A stretch of 64,000 nt of DNA from an uncultured Myxococcales bacterium (GTDB lineage: Bacteria > Myxococcota_A > UBA9042). The notes below the pieces were generated by a model. The model was not told where the DNA came from, did no database searches, and was given only the letters and a program-made list of their open reading frames with translations. Of the stretch, positions 26,206 to 33,657 are shown piece after piece. The stretch spans positions 34,072 through 98,071 of the forward strand of contig CAISBR010000152.1 of NCBI GenBank assembly GCA_903883645.1, in the 5' to 3' direction. How positions within the stretch are numbered: position 1 is the first letter of the stretch; every line of letters begins with the position of its first letter. The position numbers and the translations under genes are program-made.

Positions 26206-28455
26206 ATGGCCGAAATGCTGCCCACACTGCCCAGCCGGTCTGGCGACGGATCGAGTGAACAACCGCTGAACCGCGTGGTGCGGGTCGTACGCGAGCGGCT
26301 GTGGTGGTTCTTGCTCACCGCCATTTTGACAATGGTGGTGGTGTTTGTGGTCGTGAAGCGCCAGACGCCGATCTTTCGCGCTACCGCCATCGTAATGGTG
26401 GATACCAACGCGCCCCGCGTGCTGAGCCCCGACCTTGAAGTGGCACCGCTGGGCAGTAGCGGCTTTGGCCAGCAGCGCGGATTCTATCAGGCGCAGCGGC
26501 AGATCCTGCAGTCGCGCGACTTGGCCGCGATCGTAGTCAACCGCTTGGGGCTGTCGCGCGATGAACGGTTCTTGTCTCTGAATCGCCGCGACAAGCCGCT
26601 GACGCGCGCCCAGAAAGACGCGGTTATGGCCACGGCCGACGTGGTGGGCATGATGGCCGGGCGGGTGGTGGTCGAGGCGGCCGACGACTCGGGCGTGCTG
26701 CGTGTGTCGATCGAAGACGCCGACGCCGACATGGCCCGCGACTTGGCGAATGCCGTGGTCAAGGCCTACCGCGATCGCAATATCGACGTGAAGAAACGGG
26801 TCGTCAAGGAGGCGACTTCGGACCTCAATGCCATCTTTAAAAGGCTCGAGGGCGACAAGGATACTAGCCTTATGGCGCTGTATTCGTTCGAGAAGGACCA
26901 CGACTTCTCCGAAGCGCGGCGCACCATGGTCAACGAGCAGATCTTGGCGCTGTCGCGGTCGCTGCGCGAAGTGCACATGCTGCGGTTGCGGGCCCAGCAA
27001 GAGATGAACCAACTGCGGAAGTTCAAAGGCACGCGCGACATTTTTATGGCGTCGGCGCCGGGCCTCATGCGCGATGGCTTGGTGGGCGAGCTCAAGCGGC
27101 GCTACCTTGATCTCAGCGTGCGGCGCAAAGAGCTGGCGACGTCTTACCTGCCCGACCACCCCAAGCTGCAGGCCGTTGATCAGCAGATGGAACAGTTGAT
27201 CACCCTGGCGACACGCCATGTTGCGGCACTTGCCGACTCCGCGACCACACAGTACCAAAATGCCTCTGCCGAAGAGACAGACCTTGAGCGACAGCTTGAA
27301 GCGGGGCGCGCCCAAGACGCCGAGATCCGCTTGGCCAAGATTGAGCATGACAAGCTGCAAGTGCGCCTCGACGAAGACAAAATGTTCTACGACAAGGTGG
27401 CCAAGCGCATCACCGAGGCCGATATCACCCGCGACATTGGGGTGAACAACGTCAATGTGCTCGACCTGGCCGTGACGCCCAAAGCGCCGGTGCGGCCCAA
27501 TGTGCAGAGCGGTCTGGCTCTGGGCGGCGTGCTGGCACTGCTGCTGGGCCTGGGCGCGGCGTTCTTGGTTGACTTGCTCGACAACCGCATCCGCACGCGC
27601 GAAGACGTGGAGCAAGTGCTGGGCGTGCCCTACCTGGGCGCTATTCCGATGTTTGAGCCGGGCGACCCGGGCGAAGGCATTCCGGTGCCCGAGGATCGCC
27701 TTGACCTATACGTGCACTTTCGGCCCAACTCGCGGGCGGCCGAGGCGGCGCGATCCGTGCGTACCAACCTGCTGTTTATGCGGCCCGATAAGCCGATTCG
27801 CAGCCTGCTGGTGACGAGCGCCTCGGCTCGCGAAGGCAAGACCTCGACCTCGACGACGCTGGCAGTGACGCTCGCCGCGACCTCGGGCAATGCGCTTTTG
27901 ATCGACACGGACTTGCGCAAGCCGCGCCTGCACCGGCTGTTCGGCCTGGCCGGCGGCGAGGGCGGCCTGACCAGCTACCTGGTAAGCCACCGGCCGATCG
28001 AAGACTTTGTGGTGCACACCGAAGTGCCCGGCCTCGACTTCTTGCCGTGTGGCCCGGTGCCTCCCAATCCGTCAGAATTGCTGCACGCGCAACGCTTTAA
28101 GACGCTGGTCGAAGAGGTCAACACCAAGTACGACTTCGTGGTGTTCGACTCGTCGCCGGGCACGCTGGTGACTGACCCGCTGGTGCTGGCCTCGATGGTC
28201 GACGGCGTGGTGGTGGTGGCCCATAGTCAGGGCGCGCGTCGCGACCAGTTGAAGAGCTTCTTGGCGGGCCTGCGCGCCGTCAATGCCTCGATTCTGGGCG
28301 TGGTGCAGTCGCGCGTGGCGCAAAATGCCGGCGGCTACGGCTACTACTACGCCAAGGGCTACCGGCGCGGCGGCTATCGCTACCAGTACCGCTACCAGCG
28401 CGACCCCAACAAGGCCGACGACGTGGGCGACGAGCCGCCGGGCAGCAACAGCTAG
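26206..28455 (+). CDS. wzc: Polysaccharide co-polymerase (PCP-2a) with a C-terminal BY-kinase domain (Wzc-type)
   Basis: Two TM segments flank a long coiled-coil periplasmic domain. Walker A SAREGKTST, Walker A' LLIDTDLRKP, Walker B DFVVFDSSP, and a C-terminal Tyr cluster GGYGYYYAKGYRRGGYRYQYRYQ. Confidence 0.9.
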   Translation: MAEMLPTLPSRSGDGSSEQPLNRVVRVVRERLWWFLLTAILTMVVVFVVVKRQTPIFRATAIVMVDTNAPRVLSPDLEVAPLGSSGFGQQRGFYQAQRQILQSRDLAAIVVNRLGLSRDERFLSLNRRDKPLTRAQKDAVMATADVVGMMAGRVVVEAADDSGVLRVSIEDADADMARDLANAVVKAYRDRNIDVKKRVVKEATSDLNAIFKRLEGDKDTSLMALYSFEKDHDFSEARRTMVNEQILALSRSLREVHMLRLRAQQEMNQLRKFKGTRDIFMASAPGLMRDGLVGELKRRYLDLSVRRKELATSYLPDHPKLQAVDQQMEQLITLATRHVAALADSATTQYQNASAEETDLERQLEAGRAQDAEIRLAKIEHDKLQVRLDEDKMFYDKVAKRITEADITRDIGVNNVNVLDLAVTPKAPVRPNVQSGLALGGVLALLLGLGAAFLVDLLDNRIRTREDVEQVLGVPYLGAIPMFEPGDPGEGIPVPEDRLDLYVHFRPNSRAAEAARSVRTNLLFMRPDKPIRSLLVTSASAREGKTSTSTTLAVTLAATSGNALLIDTDLRKPRLHRLFGLAGGEGGLTSYLVSHRPIEDFVVHTEVPGLDFLPCGPVPPNPSELLHAQRFKTLVEEVNTKYDFVVFDSSPGTLVTDPLVLASMVDGVVVVAHSQGARRDQLKSFLAGLRAVNASILGVVQSRVAQNAGGYGYYYAKGYRRGGYRYQYRYQRDPNKADDVGDEPPGSNS

Positions 28456-28590
28456 CTGCACGCACCTTCCGCGGTGCTCTGGCAAGCGACGCAGCTAGGC
28501 GCGGTGCCGTAGATTGGGCCCAAGCCGCTGAAACTCAAAGCGCTTTATCGGGTCTAGCCGCATTGCTCGCTGGGCAGTTGCCGGCAGAGG

Positions 28591-31464
28591 CTAGGGCTGC
28601 TGGCTGGGATCGACCGACGGGGCCCGCTGCCGCGGATCGACCGGCGGCGCCTCGGTACCGAGTGTCGGGTCGCCTTCGTGACCAAGCCCTGCATCTACAG
28701 GCACTTCGCTGCCATCGGGCGCGCCGCCAAATACCACGCTGCAATCGCCCAGGCGCGCGCGTTCTTCGGCGGTGATCTTCTCGCGCTTGATCATCACGTC
28801 GGCCACCCAGCACAGCATGGTGCGGTGGCTGTCGCTGGCCTTGCCCGCCATGAATTCGCCGTAATAACCGGGCGGACTGGGGATAATCGAGCCCAGCCAC
28901 AGCGTCTGCAACAGGGTCAACTCGATGGGCGCGCGGTTGAAGTAATGCCACGAGGCCGCACCGATGCCGTAAATCTCGCCCGGCCCGAGCTCGATGATGT
29001 TCAGGTACAGCTCCATCATCTGCTGCTTGGTCAGGGTGCGCTCGATCTGCCAAGTAATGACGGCTTCTTGGATCTTGCGCGAGATGGTCTTTTCGCGCTC
29101 GACAAAGAACAGGTTCTTGACCAGCTGCTGGGTAATCGTCGACGCGCCGCGCACGAAACGGCCCTTCTTTAGGTTGGCAATGGCCGCGGACTTGATGGCG
29201 TCGACCAAGAAGCCCTTGTGACCAAAGAAGCCGCCGTCTTCGGTGGTGGTGATGACCTTGATGAAATTGGGGCTAACTTGCTCGAAAGGCACCCAATTGT
29301 CGCTGCCGGGGCCGGTTTCGAAGCGAATGGTGTCGAATTTGGCCTCGCCGGGCTGCGGATGGCGCCGATAGCGCACCGCCTCGTGCACAAAGGGCGCGGC
29401 AAATTTGCCAAAATCGACCTTGTCGCCCAGCGAGCTAATCTTGACCTCGCCCAGCAGCGGCCGAAAGTCGAACTCGAGGCTGTTCATGTCTGCGGTATCG
29501 AGCGAGCCGCGCACTTCGTACGAGAGCCGGCCCTCGCAGCGCATCCCCGCCAGCGTGTCGGCAAAGCCGGGCGGCACCGACTCGACCACGTCTTGGCACG
29601 CCACGGTGGGCACCGCCACGTGCACCTTGAACAGCGGCGCCGTGCGGAAGCGGTCAATCGATCCGGCGAGTTCAACCCCCACCTTGCCGATCTCGAGGTG
29701 CCCCTGCTGCAGCTCGATGCGCTGGCTATTCAGATCGACGTCGAGCTTGCCGCTAGCCGTGGTGGTCACATGCTCGACCCGCTGCTTCGACAGACGCGGC
29801 GACTCGATGGCCACGTCGGCCAGCGTGCCCTTGCCTTCGAGCGTCATCTTGCCGGCCGGCGCATTGACCAGCAGCGTCAGATTCAGGCTGCGCAGCGCCG
29901 TCGTGGCCCCAGCCACCAGCATATGCGGCAGCAAGGCGGCATAGGGCTGCAGGGGCAGGTCGTCGAGCTGCACCTTGACCTCGCCTTCACCCGTGCGGAC
30001 ATCAAAGCGCCCCGAGGCGTGGTTCACCGCCTGCCGCCCCGCCACGTTGAACGACATCTGCAGCGCGACCACGCCGTCGCCGGGCTTGCGCTCGATCGTC
30101 GCCGAGAAATCCGAGACTTCGCGAGCGGTTCCGCGCTCTTGATCGTCGTACCGCGCCGAACCGTGCTCGATCACGACCGCCGGCACCGGCACGCTGCCCA
30201 GCCCCGTGCGCAGCCGCGCCACTTCGCTTTGCAGGCGGTCGGCAGTCTTGCCAAACAACCCCGACAGCGCCGTACGCACGATCTCGCCGTCGGGCTGGTC
30301 GGGCTTCTTGGGCTCGGGAGGCGGCGACGGCAGCGGTTTACCCTTAATTTTCTTGACGATCAGCACAGATTTTTCGGTCTTATCCGCTTTGTCAGCGACA
30401 TCGACCTTGCCCACGGGCGGCTCGTCGTCGTCGTCGCCCTCGGGCACCGCCTGCGCCGGTCGCGGCCGCTGCACCACGATCACCGGCTCGCGCACCACGA
30501 CTTGCTTGATGTGCAGCAGGGCCTGGCGCGCCACCGCGGGCAGCTTCGCCGTCAGCGCCTCGGGTAGGTCTAGGGGCGCTCCGGGCTCTTTGCTAAAGCT
30601 GGCGGCCACTTCGCGCACATCGAGCCCGTAGCGACTGCCGCTGCCGCCCTTGATCACCCGCACGTGTCCCAGCGCCAGCTCGCCGCTACTGCGCACGGTC
30701 AGTTCGCCAAGCTGCACGCTCAGGTCGCCCACCGTCAGCGACACATCGCCAGGCAGGCGCACGCTCAGCTCGCCCTGCTTCTCGGGCCAGTCGAGCTGGG
30801 CATCCAGGCGGAGCGGCTGGTTCAGGCCCTGCACGCGCAGCGACGACTGGAGCTTAATCTTGATCTTCTCTTGCACGGGCGAGGTGTTATCGACATCCGC
30901 CGCGCCGGCCTCGAGCCGCAGGTGCCGCGCATCCAGCCCCGCAAGCAGCAGCGGCCCTCCACTGTCGTCGTCGATCGCCACGCTAAGCCCGCGCACCTGG
31001 GTCGCCGGCACCGCCTTGCTCAGGTACTTGCGCCAACCGCCCGTCTCGCCTGTGTCTTTCTTGTCTTTGGTAAGCTGGGCGATCACCGCCTGCAGGTTGT
31101 GCTGGCCGCTCGCCATGCGCTTGACCTGCAGCGCCGGCCGCACGACCAGCATGTTCTGCAAGTAAAGACGAGGCGTGAACAGCCCATCAATCTCGTAGTC
31201 TAGGTCGATGCGCTCAACGGTCGCGAGCGGCGGCTCGGGCAGCGCGGCATCGCGCACCACCAGCTTTTGCAGCACGATCCGTTGCGTAGGGTCAACGTAG
31301 ACGTCGCCCAGCTCGAGGATGAGCCCACGCTTCTTTGCAGTTTCAACGAGTTTGCTGCGAAGTGTGCCCGCCAGCCAATGCGGCCCAGCCGTGTAAGCCA
31401 GCCCGGCGAGGAACGCCAGCACCGCGACCAGCAGCGGCAGAGCTATGCGAAGGGCGCGCGGCAT
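28591..31464 (-). CDS. Membrane-anchored AsmA-like/DUF748-like protein fused to a C-terminal GT51 peptidoglycan glycosyltransferase domain
   Basis: N-terminal TM (IALPLLVAVLAFLAGLAY), a ~700-aa beta-rich region with an internal acidic/K-P-rich linker, then GT51 motifs TEDGGFFGHKG, GASTITQQLVKN and RKIQEAV (about nt 28820-29280). There is no transpeptidase domain. Confidence 0.85.
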   Translation of the reverse strand: MPRALRIALPLLVAVLAFLAGLAYTAGPHWLAGTLRSKLVETAKKRGLILELGDVYVDPTQRIVLQKLVVRDAALPEPPLATVERIDLDYEIDGLFTPRLYLQNMLVVRPALQVKRMASGQHNLQAVIAQLTKDKKDTGETGGWRKYLSKAVPATQVRGLSVAIDDDSGGPLLLAGLDARHLRLEAGAADVDNTSPVQEKIKIKLQSSLRVQGLNQPLRLDAQLDWPEKQGELSVRLPGDVSLTVGDLSVQLGELTVRSSGELALGHVRVIKGGSGSRYGLDVREVAASFSKEPGAPLDLPEALTAKLPAVARQALLHIKQVVVREPVIVVQRPRPAQAVPEGDDDDEPPVGKVDVADKADKTEKSVLIVKKIKGKPLPSPPPEPKKPDQPDGEIVRTALSGLFGKTADRLQSEVARLRTGLGSVPVPAVVIEHGSARYDDQERGTAREVSDFSATIERKPGDGVVALQMSFNVAGRQAVNHASGRFDVRTGEGEVKVQLDDLPLQPYAALLPHMLVAGATTALRSLNLTLLVNAPAGKMTLEGKGTLADVAIESPRLSKQRVEHVTTTASGKLDVDLNSQRIELQQGHLEIGKVGVELAGSIDRFRTAPLFKVHVAVPTVACQDVVESVPPGFADTLAGMRCEGRLSYEVRGSLDTADMNSLEFDFRPLLGEVKISSLGDKVDFGKFAAPFVHEAVRYRRHPQPGEAKFDTIRFETGPGSDNWVPFEQVSPNFIKVITTTEDGGFFGHKGFLVDAIKSAAIANLKKGRFVRGASTITQQLVKNLFFVEREKTISRKIQEAVITWQIERTLTKQQMMELYLNIIELGPGEIYGIGAASWHYFNRAPIELTLLQTLWLGSIIPSPPGYYGEFMAGKASDSHRTMLCWVADVMIKREKITAEERARLGDCSVVFGGAPDGSEVPVDAGLGHEGDPTLGTEAPPVDPRQRAPSVDPSQQP

Positions 31465-31478
31465 CTAGTTCGAGTGGC

Positions 31479-31991
31479 TCACTTGCCGCCAAACGATTTC
31501 GAGCCGGCGCTCGCCGAGATGGCGTAGATGAAGCCAGCGGCCAATGCCACGCCCACGCCAATCAGCGTTACGGTCTTGCCGGTCGACAACAGGTCGACTT
31601 CGTACGCCTTGATGTTGGCCAACGGCAGCAGTGTGTCGCGGTCTGAGGCCACCAACTGGCTCGAATACATCGAGAAGTTAAACGGCGTCAGCTGAAAGCG
31701 GCGACCACCCTCGCTGGCGACATACAGACGCGTATCGCGGCCGACAGCCACCTTATCGTTCTTGACGCTCTGCACCACCACGGCATCGTTTTCGCCGCGA
31801 TTCATCAGCTTGGTCAGGTCGTCGGGCGTGTCTTTGTACTGCTCTTGCAGCTTGCCGTCGTTTTCGAGCGCGGCCACCGACTGCAGGCGGCGGAACTCCT
31901 CTTGCGGCACCTGGTACGTGTTGTAGCAACCGGTCACCGACAACCCAAGGGCGCAGAGGGTAACGGCGGCGGGAATGCGAAGATTCTTCAT
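31479..31991 (-). CDS. Lipoprotein with a C-terminal TM segment, unknown function
   Basis: MKNLRIPAAVTLCALGLSVTGC|YN lipobox and a C-terminal hydrophobic stretch (VTLIGVGVALAAGFIYAI). It ends 14 nt upstream of the GT51 fusion gene start on the same strand. Confidence 0.65.
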   Translation of the reverse strand: MKNLRIPAAVTLCALGLSVTGCYNTYQVPQEEFRRLQSVAALENDGKLQEQYKDTPDDLTKLMNRGENDAVVVQSVKNDKVAVGRDTRLYVASEGGRRFQLTPFNFSMYSSQLVASDRDTLLPLANIKAYEVDLLSTGKTVTLIGVGVALAAGFIYAISASAGSKSFGGK

Positions 31992-32036
31992 GAGTTCCTC
32001 GTAGGAGCGAGCGGCGGAAACAGTCCGGTGGCGCGG

Positions 32037-32792
32037 TTAGGCGCGCTTGGCACCCATGTGCTGCCAGATGGCATTCAGGTCGGTCTGCACCAGGTAAAAG
32101 GTGAGCAGGCCGCTGGTGCACATTTGGCCGACCAAGTAGATCACCGCGCGATCCGGCACATTGGCGCCGACCGCCTGGGCCATCTCGCTGACGTTCTTGA
32201 AGAACTTCCACAGCACCAAGATGCCGTAGACCGGGATGAGCAAGTGCCACCAGGTAAAGCGCTTCTCGCCCCAGAAGTTGTTGGCCTCGTCGAAAGTCCG
32301 CATGATCCACAATATCGCGAAGACGAAGCAGATTACATTCTTGATCGTCGACATGGTTGGGTCGTCGATCTTGCCGGCCGGGCGGCTGGAGCCGCGCGAA
32401 GCCGAAGCCGAACGCGAAACAGGAGCCTCGTGGCGGGGTTCAACCAGACGCGGCGCCGGTTCTGACACGCGCGGCGCCGGGCGGGCTGCCGGCGGTTGCG
32501 GAGCCGGGGCTTCGATCTTGACCGCGGCGGCCTGCACCTGAGCCGCACCACCCTGGCTGCCATCAAACATCGCCAGCATCTCTGGCGTCAGTTCCATCGC
32601 AACCGTGGCTTCGTTTTCGCCGATATTCCAGGCGTCTTTCATCTCGGCGATCTGCGCCGCGCCGACCCATTGCTTGATCCGCTCGTCGTAGACGTACTCG
32701 TCTTGCGCAAGGTCGCCCTTGCGGGCCATCTCCCGCAAAGTGGGAAGATCGCACGGAATATACTGACCGTTCTTGTGAAGCTGAAAAGACAT
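32037..32792 (-). CDS. GYF_2 (DUF4339)-domain membrane protein
   Basis: The N-terminus (HKNGQYIPCDLPTLREMARKGDLAQDEYVYDERIKQWVGAAQI) is typical of the GYF_2 domain. A Pro/Ala-rich linker follows, then C-terminal TM helices. Confidence 0.65.
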   Translation of the reverse strand: MSFQLHKNGQYIPCDLPTLREMARKGDLAQDEYVYDERIKQWVGAAQIAEMKDAWNIGENEATVAMELTPEMLAMFDGSQGGAAQVQAAAVKIEAPAPQPPAARPAPRVSEPAPRLVEPRHEAPVSRSASASRGSSRPAGKIDDPTMSTIKNVICFVFAILWIMRTFDEANNFWGEKRFTWWHLLIPVYGILVLWKFFKNVSEMAQAVGANVPDRAVIYLVGQMCTSGLLTFYLVQTDLNAIWQHMGAKRA

Positions 32793-32946
32793 CGTCGGCT
32801 CCAGTGGGTTCCCCTATTGGTGCAGGTCGCGGGGCAAGTGGGACTGTCAACGCTTGCGCAGGGCTACGCTGCGCAGCACCGCAAGGGCGATTGTCCGGTG
32901 GCGACCGGGTGGCGTCAACCGCCGCGCAGCTCGCCGCGTGCTCGGA

Positions 32947-33468
32947 CTAACCGTCGAGGCCCTTCAAACGCTTGAGGTCGGCCATCACCTTCTGATACTC
33001 GATGTCATAGCCCTGGGTACCCTCTTGCAAGTTCTTGATACGCTTACGGACTTCTTGATCCAGGTCGTCATCCACATGCGTGTGACGATTGAGCACGTCG
33101 CGCAGGGTTTTGCGCAGCGTGTGATCCTCGGCAAAGACCTCTTCGACGTGGCGGCTGTGGAACAACGCCTCGATGATCTGCTTGGTCAGGTACTCGACCG
33201 CGCGATCGCCGACGCCGAAGTTGCGCTCTTCAGCCAGCTTCTGCTTGATTTTATTGAGTTGAATAAACTCGATGCCATCTTTCGAGATGCGCTCGCGGGC
33301 CTTGTCGGTAATTTCGCGATCGGCGCGAATGTACTCCCGCAGCACACTTTCGATGTCGAGAATGACTTCGCCGACCAGTTCTGTGTCGACTTCGATGTCT
33401 TGATTGGAGACGAGCAACGCAACCATGTCTTGTGCGATGTTCGAAACCTTGCCTGGATACAACCTCAT
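32947..33468 (-). CDS. DUF507-family protein
   Basis: The sequence MRLYPGKVSNIAQDMVALLVSNQDIEV...ILDIESVLREY is as I recall for DUF507. AAGAGG SD upstream. Family assignment is from memory. Confidence 0.6.
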   Translation of the reverse strand: MRLYPGKVSNIAQDMVALLVSNQDIEVDTELVGEVILDIESVLREYIRADREITDKARERISKDGIEFIQLNKIKQKLAEERNFGVGDRAVEYLTKQIIEALFHSRHVEEVFAEDHTLRKTLRDVLNRHTHVDDDLDQEVRKRIKNLQEGTQGYDIEYQKVMADLKRLKGLDG

Positions 33469-33657
33469 GAGGGCCTCTTGGCGTGCCGCAGGAGCGGAAA
33501 TTCGCGTGCGGACCGGGCGCGCGCGATCCCGGCCGCTCGACGCCAGGCCCGTAGTAGACGCGACGATTTAGCACAGGTAGGGCACCGGCCACAAGCGCAG
33601 CGTCGCGTTTTTTCGTGATACGCGGCATGGCGGCGGCCAACGTGGCCATTGGAGCGG

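Noticed and set aside
25936-27615. 559-aa ORF antisense to wzc
   Set aside because: Shadow ORF. The sense frame carries the Walker A/A'/B motifs and the Tyr cluster.
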